This document shows, in pieces, positions 54,682 through 64,000 of a stretch of 64,000 nucleotides of DNA. The translations under genes were made by a program, and so were the position numbers. The first letter of the stretch is position 1, and each line of letters begins with the position of its first letter. The notes beneath the pieces were generated by a model. The model had not been told where the DNA came from, did not search any database, and saw nothing but the letters and a program-made list of their open reading frames with translations. The stretch is from an uncultured Phycisphaerales bacterium (GTDB lineage Bacteria; Planctomycetota; Phycisphaerae; Tepidisphaerales; Tepidisphaeraceae): positions 1,376,001 to 1,440,000 of the forward strand of contig CAVWLP010000002.1 of the NCBI GenBank assembly GCA_963755915.1. The letters are read 5' to 3'.

Positions 54682-55660
54682 CCATTCGATTCAGCAGCTC
54701 GGCCGGCGCGTCTTTCAGTTCGACGAGTCGTCGGGCGAGGTCGGCGGCGTCGTCTGCCCGGTACGTGAAGCCGCTGACACCATCCTGCACGAGCGTGGCG
54801 GTGCCGCCCTTGTCCGGGACCAGCGTCGCCAGGTTCGCACCCATCGCTTCCAGAACGGCCAGCCCGAAAGTCTCGTACGCGCAGGTGTGTACGAGCAGAT
54901 CGGCCTTGGCCATTTCACCGGCGACGTCGTTTGTGAAGCCGGCGAACGTGACGTTTGGATGGGTGCGAGAAGCCCGCTCCTTTAACTTTTCAAACTCGGG
55001 ACCGACACCGAATATCCGGAACGACGTGTCGGACAATTCCCGCTGCCGGATATCGAGTGCATCGAGCAGCAGGTCCACCCGCTTTAGATGATCGATACGT
55101 GAAACCAGGATGAAATTTCGCGTACCGTTGGAAGTATACCCGCGCCGGCGCGGCGTGTGCAGAATCTGATCGGGCGTCAGGAAGTCGCCAACGACTTCGA
55201 CGCTATTCGTAACTCGATTATCTATAAGCTTTTGCTTTGACCATTCGGAGACGACGACGAAGGTAATATTCCAAAAATTGAGGACCTTTTTCCGGGCGTA
55301 GTCCTTGTCAATTCCAGACCCTCCGTGCAAAAGCTGAATTTGCCGAATATTGCGTCGAAAAAAGACGTTCAGAGCGATGCAGACTAGGTTGTAGCGAGGG
55401 CCGGTGCCGACGAAAGTGAGGGAGGGATAGTGGCGGAGCAGCGGAATCAGCACCTTAGCCAGGTCGATGCTGCTGCGATACTCGCGGGTCTGGAAGCCAA
55501 GCCGCCGGGCTTCCTCCAGCGCCGGCCCCGGTGGTCCGATAAAAATCGTTTCGAATTCGTCGTTCAATCCCAGCGCCGTGGCCAGCGCCATCCGCTCGGT
55601 CCCATAAAGATTGCTGCTGTGGAGGACGAGGAGGATGGGATGGCGGGGGGCCGTTGCCAT
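54596..55660 (-). CDS. glycosyltransferase family 4 (paralog 2)
   Basis: LHSSNLYGTER; ETFGLAVLEAM. Confidence 0.9.
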   Translation of the reverse strand: MATAPRHPILLVLHSSNLYGTERMALATALGLNDEFETIFIGPPGPALEEARRLGFQTREYRSSIDLAKVLIPLLRHYPSLTFVGTGPRYNLVCIALNVFFRRNIRQIQLLHGGSGIDKDYARKKVLNFWNITFVVVSEWSKQKLIDNRVTNSVEVVGDFLTPDQILHTPRRRGYTSNGTRNFILVSRIDHLKRVDLLLDALDIRQRELSDTSFRIFGVGPEFEKLKERASRTHPNVTFAGFTNDVAGEMAKADLLVHTCAYETFGLAVLEAMGANLATLVPDKGGTATLVQDGVSGFTYRADDAADLARRLVELKDAPAELLNRMVANAVAKVQSDYSADAALRRYRKLYAPV

Positions 55661-55662
55661 AT

Positions 55663-56742
55663 CTATGGAGAGTCTATCGGCGCAAAGGCCTTGCGATACT
55701 CTTCCAGAGATGTTGCGGCGGAAAGGGTGGTCTCCAGTGTCCCCGCAGCGGCGTCGACGACGCGGTTGAGCACTGCCGGGTCGGCAGAACGAAGCTCGAT
55801 CAATTTTTTCGCCAGGTCGGCGGCGTCTCCGGCGCGGTATTTGAATCCGGTGACCCCCTCCTCGATGAACGATGCCGGCCCCCCCTGGTCCGGAACCAGC
55901 ACGGGAATGTGGGCGGCCATCGCTTCGATGACAACCAGGCCAAAGGCCTCCGTCGGGCAGGTATGCACCAGCAGGTCCGACTGGGCAAATCGCTCCTGAA
56001 GGTCATGCGTGAATCCCAGCACGTTGATGTGGGGATTCCTGGTTTGCGCCCGGTGGCAAAGAGCTTCGAGCGCAGGTCCGTCCCCGACAATATCGATGGG
56101 AAAATCGCGCAGCTCGGGGGCCCCTTCGGCTGCGTCGAAAAGAAGATCGAACCGTTTGACCGGAACCAGCCGGCCGGCCGAAATCGCCTTGGTCACGCCG
56201 CCGGTAAAAAGCCCCCGCCGCGGCCGGGCCGCGATTTCCGCCGGCAGCAGAAAATTCGCCGCCACCTCCACCCGGTCGGCCCGAAACCCATGCTCGATCA
56301 GCCGCTGTTTCACATACTGCGACACCGCCACGATGCGCACGTCCAACGGATTCAGATAGCGGATCCCGCCGAAGTCCTTTTCCTCCTGGCAGCTTCCATG
56401 CAACACGTACACGTGGCGGATTTGCCGGCGGTACATCACGTTCAGCGCCTTGCACATGATTGTGTAGCGCGGCAGCGTCGAGGCGACCGTCAGCGACGAA
56501 TACGTCTGCAGCAGAAGCCGCAGCGCCTGGAGCAGCGCCTTGGTGGTCTGGAAGTAATGCGTTTCATATCCCTGCCGCTCGGCTTCCCACATTGCCGGCC
56601 CGCGCGGACCCAGGAAAATCGTTTTGAATTCGGGGGGAAGCCCCGCCGCCGTGGCGAGGGCCATGCGCTCGGTGCCGTACATTTCGCTGCTGTGCAATAT
56701 GTACAAAACGGGGTGAGGCTGATTCACCGATGGGTTGTACAA
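55663..56742 (-). CDS. glycosyltransferase family 4 (paralog 1)
   Basis: LHSSEMYGTER; EAFGLVVIEAM. Confidence 0.9.
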   Translation of the reverse strand: MYNPSVNQPHPVLYILHSSEMYGTERMALATAAGLPPEFKTIFLGPRGPAMWEAERQGYETHYFQTTKALLQALRLLLQTYSSLTVASTLPRYTIMCKALNVMYRRQIRHVYVLHGSCQEEKDFGGIRYLNPLDVRIVAVSQYVKQRLIEHGFRADRVEVAANFLLPAEIAARPRRGLFTGGVTKAISAGRLVPVKRFDLLFDAAEGAPELRDFPIDIVGDGPALEALCHRAQTRNPHINVLGFTHDLQERFAQSDLLVHTCPTEAFGLVVIEAMAAHIPVLVPDQGGPASFIEEGVTGFKYRAGDAADLAKKLIELRSADPAVLNRVVDAAAGTLETTLSAATSLEEYRKAFAPIDSP

Positions 56743-56896
56743 ATTTTCAACCTCTTGTATTCATTTGTGGTCGTCAATTGTTTCGCGTCTCCATTCTCGT
56801 GCGGGCGGAGTTATACGGGGGCGGAGAGACGATACAAGCGCGAAAACAACGATACTTCAAAAATAAAAATGGTGAATGAAGCGTAGATGAAACCGT

Positions 56897-58830
56897 TCAG
56901 AATGGGAGCGACTGATCCATCCAGTCGTCATTCCGGAGCACTTGCTTCCGGTTGAACCTCGCCAGCCGCTCCGCGCGGGCCTGCGCGATGGCGATCAGCC
57001 GGGCCGCGTCGATGGCGCGCCAACTGTTTCGAAGTCTTGGGACATGGCGGACGAACACATCGTCCTGCGCAGGCGAACATCTGGCGCACCCGGGGTCTCC
57101 CTGCCGGGCCGCGCGCCGAAAAGCTGCCGATCGACGCGCCCGGAGCCGTGCGGCTCGGTTGCAATCACATGAAGCCCGCCAAGTTCCGCCACCCCTCGGC
57201 CAAGCTTAATGTCGGTCCCGCGGCCCGCCATGTTGGTGGCCACGGTGATTTTCCCCTGCTGCCCCGCCTCCATCACAATCGACGCCTCCTGCGCCGTTTG
57301 CGTTGCGTTAAGAACCCGATGCAGCTTCCCCTTGTCCGCGAATCGCCGGCTCAGCTCCTCCGACGCGATCACGCTGCGCGTTCCCACCAGCACCGGAGCG
57401 CCGGTTTCGTTGATCTCGCACACCCGCTCCACCACCGCGTCGTATTTCTGCTCCAGCGTGTCGAACATCCGCAAAGGCAGATGCTTGCGAATGCACGGCT
57501 TGTTGGTGGGGATGCGCACCATCGGCCGGCGGTAAATCTGCCACGTCTCGTTGCGGGCCTCCCATGCCGTGCCGGTCATGCCCGCCATGATGGGATATTG
57601 CCGGAAAAATCGCTGAAAGCTCAGGCGGGCGAGGTTTTCCTTGTCGGCGGTCACCGGAACGGTCTCCTTCACCTCGATCGCCTGGTGCAGCCCGTGACGC
57701 CAGGAACGGTCCGCCAGCACGCGGCCGGTGAACTCGTCGATGATCTGAACCTTATGGTCAGCCGTTACAAGATAATGCTCCCCCCGCGTGAAGCAGTGAT
57801 GCGCCGAAAGGGCCTGCACGACAAGCTCCTCGCGGCGCCGTTTCCCCTGCCAGAAGCCGTCGTCCCCTTCGCAGAGAACGTCAAGCTGCTCCTCGCCGCG
57901 CGGGGTGAGATCGACCTGGCGAAGCGTCCAGTCGATCTTGAAATCCCGCCCCGCTTTAAGCTGGATCGCCAGCGAGTCGGCACGCTCGTAAAGCGAGGCG
58001 TTGCCCTCTTCTTCCGGCGCGTTTGAAATAATCAACGGCGTAACCCCTTCGTCGATCAGCAGGCTGTCCGCTTCGTCCACGATCACCTTCCAAAGCCCCG
58101 GCACCATCAGCGGGCTTCGCTGGCTGCCCGCCATCAACATCCCCACCACGGTTTGCGTCGAGGAACGCAGATTCCCCAATGCGATCTGATCGCGAAGAAA
58201 ATCCGCGACCAGCTCCTTGCTGGTAACGTAAACGACATTACGGCGATAGTGATCGTAACGCTCGCTGGGGTTGGTCTCATGAATGACATGCCCGACCGTC
58301 AATCCCAGCATCCGGTAAACCGGCCCCATTTCCTCCGCGTCGCGGCCGACGAGATAGTCGTTCACCGTGATGATGTGCACAGGCTTCCCGTGCCAGGCCC
58401 ACACGGCCGCGGCCAGGGACGCGGTCAGGGTTTTGCCCTCACCCGTCGCCATTTCGGCGATGAGGCCTTCCATCATCGCCAGCGCGCCGGCGAGCTGCAC
58501 CGGAAACGGCCGCAAGCCGATCGCCCGCAGCGCCGCTTCCCGCGCGACCGCCATCGCCCGGTCCAGCGCCTCCCCCTGAAGTTGCCCAAGCCTGGCCAGA
58601 TCACGGGCCGCGGAAACTTCATCGCCAAATTTCTGCGCCCCCAGGTTGTGAATCTCCGGCTCAAGCTTTTCGATGCGATTGGCCTGCTCCATCAGTCGCG
58701 CCAGAACCCGGCGCTTGTTAACCGCCCATCCCACGATTCCGCTGAAGAACTGATCGAGCCCGCGAAGTTCGGGGTGCTTCACCCGTCGGGCGTCGAATAT
58801 GGACCAGAGATCATCGGAGGCGACAGACAT
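56897..58830 (-). CDS. secondary, C-terminally short SecA-like ATPase (frameshift ~57110)
   Basis: EMATGEGKT, VNDYL..RD, IVDEADSLLIDE, GMTGT, TNMAGRGTDIKL; the corrected tail ARQGDPG...DWMDQSLPF* ends at 56897. Confidence 0.88.
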
Positions 58831-58843
58831 GATATCTAAGCGA

Positions 58844-61057
58844 TTAGAGCCACTTTCCCGTGTCGTGTGCCTGGAAGAGCTGGAGGAATTTGTTCCGCCA
58901 CTGCCAGAAGAGCGTCTCGCGGTCGAGCGTCAGCCGGACGTACGCCCTCTGGCCGGGCAGGATTTGCTGATCTTGATTGTCGAGCTTCACCCACGCTTCG
59001 AAGGTCGGCATCTGGGTGCGCACGCCGTTGGGATCGTGCGGATCGACCTGGATATCCTCACCCCCCGTGGAACCCAGCGAGGGGTGAACCAGTTCGGTGA
59101 CGGCGGCAGGGGGGAGCGTGAGCGCGCCGCCGGAGATCGTCTGATCGAGCATCCCCGCCAGCCGCACTTCAACCTTCACGCGGTCGAAGGGAACGGGCCG
59201 GATCAATTCAAAATCCTTCTGATCGATATCCCCCTTGATGACCAGCTTATCGAGCACCGCCACCCGGCCGATCTCCTGCCCGCGCTGGACAAAGGTGTTC
59301 GGCAATTCATGAAGGTTTGGCGCGATCAGCCGGCCCGCGAACGGGGCCGTGATCGTCAGGTCCGCGCTTCGCCGCTGATCGTCTTTGAACTTGGTGGCCC
59401 ACGCCTTCAGGTCGTCCGTGTCCTTGATATATTCGATCTGGTCCTCGACGCTGTCCTGACGCATCTTGATGGTGATCTCACGGATCATCGCATCGTCGGT
59501 GGCCAGGTCTTTCTTCACGTCGAGGTCTTCAAGCTTGAGGATAACGTCGCCGGCGTTTATCGCCTGTCCGTCCTCCGCCAGGACAGCGACAACGTGCCCG
59601 GAGGCGGCCGCCCGCAAATCGCCGCTCTGTGCGACGCCTTGCGAATTCACCGGATCATCCGGCTGCACCATCCCCGCAAATTCAACGTGAACCGGCAACC
59701 GAAGCTGGAAAATCAGCAGCGCCACGATGGCCGCCACCGCCACGCTAAAGCCAATCGCCCGCTTGCGCTTGCGATGCAGCTCCGGATCCAGGGCAAGGTA
59801 TTTCACGAGCTGGAACAGCGGGACGCATCCCCAGGTGACGATGCCGCCGATCGCCATCAGCACGCCCACCACCGGCACCTTGTCGAACACCACAACCACG
59901 ATCATGATGCCGATGAAGACGCGATAAATGCTGCTCGCGATGGAGTAGGTCAACAGCCAGATCCGCTGCCCAAAAGGCGGTAGCGGCTGCGAAAGCTTCA
60001 TCCGGAAAATATGCCGCTTGATCAGGCCCAGGGCGTATTCCGTGCTCTTCTGGCGCAGGTTGGGGATTTCCAGAAGGTCAGACAAAATGTAGTAGCCGTC
60101 GTAGCGCAGCAGGGGGTTGGCGTTGAAGATAACCGTCGAAACGCTGGCGACGAACATCGCGTTATACGCAAGCTGCTTGACGAGCGGATACGCCGCCGCG
60201 TTCGTTCCCGCCCAGACAAATGCGAACAGTGACGCCACGAACAGTTCGACGATCATCCCCGCGGCGCCGACGAATACGCGCTCCCATTTGCTCGGGAACG
60301 ACCAGGCCGTCGACGCATCGACAAACGGCGTGGGCACCAGAACCAGCAGCATCAGCCCCAGCTCATGCACCTCTCCGCCAAATCGCCGGCACGCGAACGC
60401 GTGACCCAATTCGTGGATCAGCTTGATGACGACGAACGTGCCATAAAGAAGAAACAGGTTTTCAAAATTGTGCTGAAAATCGAGGGCCGAGCCGGCTTCG
60501 GCCTTGAGCTGGTCCCACTGCGGCAGGACCGTCATCAGGGCCAGCCCGACAACGATCAGCCAGATGATGGCTCCGACCCTGCCGAAGATCATGCGGGCCA
60601 GGGGCATCCACCGGCACAGGAAATTGTCCGGGTCCCACAGCCGGATGCGCGGGAACAGCACGTTCATCAGCCGGTTCTGCATCTTCTGCTGCACCAGCTT
60701 CTTATGCCGCCGCAAAAGCACCATCGCATCGGGCGTGATGTTGGTTTCCAGCAGATTGGCCGCGTAGAGCTGGCTGAGAACGTGGATCACTTCCGGCTGC
60801 GTCGGCGCGTCGTCGGCAAGCTGACCGCCAACCAGGTCCCACGCCTGCTGCACGCTCTTTCGCCCGTCAAGCAGGCCGACGAACCGATACGCGGCGTCGC
60901 TGAGCCGGTGGAACTGGTTCCCCGCCGGATCGCGCACGACATACCACCGGTCGCCGCGATAATACTGGCGCGAAACCTGCGCCCCGGCCCGAAGCCGCGG
61001 TTTAAGGTCCGCGACGCGGTACCATGATTCCGAAAATGTGGGTCTGAGCTGAAGCAT
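58844..61057 (-). CDS. PqqD/RRE-like + M50 site-2 protease + HlyD-type adaptor fusion
   Basis: WYVVRDP..FHRL...LLDG; HELGH; NANPLLRYDG; lipoyl/coiled-coil ITAPFAG. Confidence 0.85.
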   Translation of the reverse strand: MLQLRPTFSESWYRVADLKPRLRAGAQVSRQYYRGDRWYVVRDPAGNQFHRLSDAAYRFVGLLDGRKSVQQAWDLVGGQLADDAPTQPEVIHVLSQLYAANLLETNITPDAMVLLRRHKKLVQQKMQNRLMNVLFPRIRLWDPDNFLCRWMPLARMIFGRVGAIIWLIVVGLALMTVLPQWDQLKAEAGSALDFQHNFENLFLLYGTFVVIKLIHELGHAFACRRFGGEVHELGLMLLVLVPTPFVDASTAWSFPSKWERVFVGAAGMIVELFVASLFAFVWAGTNAAAYPLVKQLAYNAMFVASVSTVIFNANPLLRYDGYYILSDLLEIPNLRQKSTEYALGLIKRHIFRMKLSQPLPPFGQRIWLLTYSIASSIYRVFIGIMIVVVVFDKVPVVGVLMAIGGIVTWGCVPLFQLVKYLALDPELHRKRKRAIGFSVAVAAIVALLIFQLRLPVHVEFAGMVQPDDPVNSQGVAQSGDLRAAASGHVVAVLAEDGQAINAGDVILKLEDLDVKKDLATDDAMIREITIKMRQDSVEDQIEYIKDTDDLKAWATKFKDDQRRSADLTITAPFAGRLIAPNLHELPNTFVQRGQEIGRVAVLDKLVIKGDIDQKDFELIRPVPFDRVKVEVRLAGMLDQTISGGALTLPPAAVTELVHPSLGSTGGEDIQVDPHDPNGVRTQMPTFEAWVKLDNQDQQILPGQRAYVRLTLDRETLFWQWRNKFLQLFQAHDTGKWL

Positions 61058-61087
61058 CTAAAATTGCCCCGCGACCTGATCGCGAAA

Positions 61088-63006
61088 TTACATCCAAAGC
61101 TTGAACTGCAGATACTCGACAAACTTGTGCGTCCAGATCCACAGCAGGGAACGATGCGCGATATCGACGTGCGCGTACCCCGCCATGCCGGGGTTCCACG
61201 TCGGCGAGGACTGCTTCATCGTCCCATAGACCGTGAACTTGTTGTCCCCGTCCTTGGTTTCCCCCAGCGGGACAACACGGTCGATGATGAAACCATATTT
61301 TTCCGTCGGCAGTGCGGTGGTGGCCAGCTCGCCGGGCTGGCCGGGTTTCAGATATTGTGCGTCCCCTTCGCTGACCGTGATCTTGGCGCGAAGCCCGGTG
61401 TCGGCGGCGATGGTGAAGAGGTCGTCCCCCTCCTTCTTCATCGCGTTGCGCTGATCGACGAGATCGCCCGACAGAATCACCCCGTTAAACGGCGCCCGGA
61501 CCGTCCCGCGGTCGATCTTCTCCTGGTCTTCCTGCGCCTCGGCGTTTGCCCTTTCGATTTCCTGTTCGGCCGCGTCGGCCTCCGACTGCTTGCCCTGGGC
61601 GGTGTAGCTCATCCATTCGGCTTTGGCCTTGCGCATGTCGTCTTCATGGGCGTTGAGATCGAGCTGGAGGTCGAACGTCTTCATCGTCAGCAGCACCTGC
61701 CCCTTGGTGACGTAATCGCCCGGCAGAACCTTAACGTCGTCGATCTGCCCGTCGAAGGGAACCTGAAGTTTTCGCTTATCGACCGCGTCAAATTCGAACG
61801 GCGCGATCACGTGATACATCGGGCGATAAACGCTGATGAAAAGCAGCAGCAGCACGCCGAGCACCACCAGCACCTTCGCCAGCGTGTGCTGCGGGCCGAC
61901 GACTTTCTTGCCAAGCTCCTCCAGGCTCAGGCCGGCTTTGGTGATGAGCCAGCGGTCGTTCTGATAGCGGTCAAAAAGCTGCGGAGCCAAAAGATCCACG
62001 GCCACCGACAGCCCGGTCGAGGCCTGCTGCGAAAGCTTGTGCGTCGAGGGGAATTCCAGCGTCACCGCGCCGACGACATCCGCCCGCCGGCGAAGCGGCA
62101 GCGTCAGTACGACGTTTCCGCCTTCAGCGCGGGACAGATCCTGCGCCGCCCGGCTCACATTCTGCGTCCCGCCACCCTGTGGCTCAAAATGCACCGGCTC
62201 TTCCTGGTCGATGCATTCTTCCATCGCTTTTTCCAGCGTCTTGACCAGCTCCTGCCGCTTGTCGAATTGCTCGGTGTGCGAAAGAGCCTTCACTTCCACG
62301 TCCTGACTCTTCTTCATCCACCCCAGCGCCACCCGCGTCGCCCCGGTGCGGGTGGCCAATTCATTGCACAGATTCATCGCCGCCGACTGGAACCCCTCAG
62401 CCGTGGCGACCGCCGTCGCGAGCTGCAACACGTGCTGGTGCGACTGCGCCACGATCTGCGACTGCTCGTTCTGCCGGCGAAGCGTGAACAGATCGAAATA
62501 TCCGGCAACAAGGTTCATCGACATCAGCCGCTGCTGGGCGCGCCTCAAATCCAGCAGCTCGCGTGATGACCGCCGTAACCGCCACCACCTGCGCCGGCAC
62601 GCTCCGCAGCGTCGTGATCAGGCAAAACAGCGGCTCGATTCCCGTGCCCCCTTCCCCCGTATTCAACTCGATAATCGCCCCTTCTTTCCCCTGGCTCAGC
62701 GTCTGCTTGATCAGCCGCTGAAACTCCGCCGCCGCCGCGGCTCGCTTCTCGGGGGGGCTGTTGTCGGTGCGAATGTGCTCGATCAGCTTCAGCGTCGGCT
62801 CTTTGGGGTCCTGCGAGGGCTCGACCAGAAATGCCGCGGCCTCAGTCGCCGGCCACCATCACCATCTGCGCCTTGAGAATCCCCTTGATGAACTCCGGCA
62901 GACTGTCGCCCGCCATCAGCAGGTGCTGAACCAGGCCCGAAAGGGAAGACCCCTGCGCCTGCAACGACTTTTCCGAGCCTTGTGATTCAACAATTCCTTG
63001 TGCCAC
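61088..63006 (-). CDS. GAF-domain + HlyD-family membrane-fusion protein (frameshifts in the 5' part)
   Basis: GAF-like AMEECIDQE, LTLPL; TM; VPFDGQI..VLPGDYV; RAPFNGVILSGDL; PGMAG. Confidence 0.8.
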
Positions 63007-63156
63007 ACGTCACCTGCAAGGGTCTGAACATTTCAGATCAATTCGGCCCCAAGGCTCCCGATTCATCGAGAATTTGGAAGTCCGATATCCAGCAAAAGAC
63101 AAATTTATTTCCGGCCAGCAATAGTCCCGCTACCTGTCAAAATCTCCCAGCAGAGC

Positions 63157-63999
63157 TCACTGTGCCGACGGAAAACGGACCTGCACCCACAAACCCGACG
63201 GAGTATTGTTGGGATTGGACAATTCCAGCCGCACCGTCTGTTTGTCGCTGCCGGCATCAACCTCTGGATCAAGGAAGATCACTTTCGCATCGAGCCATGT
63301 ACCTTGTTCAGTTTGATACTCCACCTGTGCCGGATCGCCAATTTTCAGCTTCAGCGATTCCGATGATGGGACCTTTATCTCAACCCATAGCGGGTCGTTG
63401 GTCACGATCGTGAGCGCACCGTCCGGTTTATTGGGATCGACGACTTCCCCCTCCTGAATGCTAATCTGCTGTACGATTCCATCGACCGGGCTGAAAAGCT
63501 GCATCTTGTCGACGGTGCGTGCCTGCACGTCGACGTCCGCCAAGGACTTTTCCCGGTCCGCCAGCGACTTGCGGAGCAGCGCCTCCCGCTCCTCATAATC
63601 GAGCTTGGCTTCATCGACTTCCGATTGGCTTACCGCCTGCTCGGCGAACCCCTTTTCCTTGTTTTCGTATTCGATCTTCCGCGCATCCCGGTCGGCGGTC
63701 GCAGCCTCGACCGCCGCGGTGGAATTCGCCTGAATTTGCAGCGACCGCAGCTTCAGCGTCTCAAGGTCGGTATCTTCCTTCCCCAGAAGCTCGCCCTTCT
63801 TCACCACGTCGTCGGGCTTTACGAACCACTTGCGAACGATCCCGATCTCCATGAACGATGGCTTGGCCGTGTGCGATGGAATCGTCCGGGCGATCAGCAT
63901 CTCATCCGGCGGATTGGCGGCGTCCGCCCCCGCAAACGGCAGCAACCCGAACATCGCCAGCGCCAAAACGCTCCGCCCTAGCCATTTTCTGGAAATCAT
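63157..63999 (-). CDS. efflux RND/HlyD periplasmic adaptor
   Basis: Signal peptide; VKPDDVVKKGELL; SPVDGIV; DPEVDAGS; PSGL. Confidence 0.88.
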   Translation of the reverse strand: MISRKWLGRSVLALAMFGLLPFAGADAANPPDEMLIARTIPSHTAKPSFMEIGIVRKWFVKPDDVVKKGELLGKEDTDLETLKLRSLQIQANSTAAVEAATADRDARKIEYENKEKGFAEQAVSQSEVDEAKLDYEEREALLRKSLADREKSLADVDVQARTVDKMQLFSPVDGIVQQISIQEGEVVDPNKPDGALTIVTNDPLWVEIKVPSSESLKLKIGDPAQVEYQTEQGTWLDAKVIFLDPEVDAGSDKQTVRLELSNPNNTPSGLWVQVRFPSAQ

Positions 64000-64000
64000 G

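Noticed and set aside
56775-56850. Imperfect hairpin between the SecA-like gene and the first GT4
   Set aside because: Weak pairing and no recognisable motif; may simply be a promoter region

Overview
GC-rich bacterial chromosomal segment, most consistent with a Planctomycetota (Phycisphaerae/Tepidisphaerales-like) genome; this is inferred from the PEP-CTERM protein, a CGYDLRATPDRCPECG-tailed membrane protein and the REP types. Many genes, including lptB and rpoD, carry single-base frameshifts that look like long-read assembly errors. Layout: cspA, a DnaA-box-rich intergenic region, lptB, TlpA, HDOD-GGDEF, radical SAM, ArsR-SRPBCC-DinB, a serine hydrolase and amrS (1-9.8 kb). A mobile-element hotspot follows (9.8-21.7 kb): REP<-MITE<-IS110/IS1111 with a readable bridge-RNA-like region, an orphan ParD, a TA-flanked MITE, tandem IS1-like ends carrying passenger genes, IS4, and IS21 inserted in a PEP-CTERM gene. 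Then come dnaG-rpoD, and an ECF sigma/anti-sigma-headed type II secretion cluster followed by two secreted retropepsin-like proteases (29.5-47.3 kb). The window ends with OsmC, GH115 and a T1SS-like export locus (52.4-64 kb): adaptors, an RRE-M50-HlyD fusion, a truncated secondary SecA and four tandem GT4 glycosyltransferases. The two strongest leads are the IS1111 RNA guides that match the actual junction sequences and the SecA2/M50/MFP/GT4 candidate glycoprotein export system.
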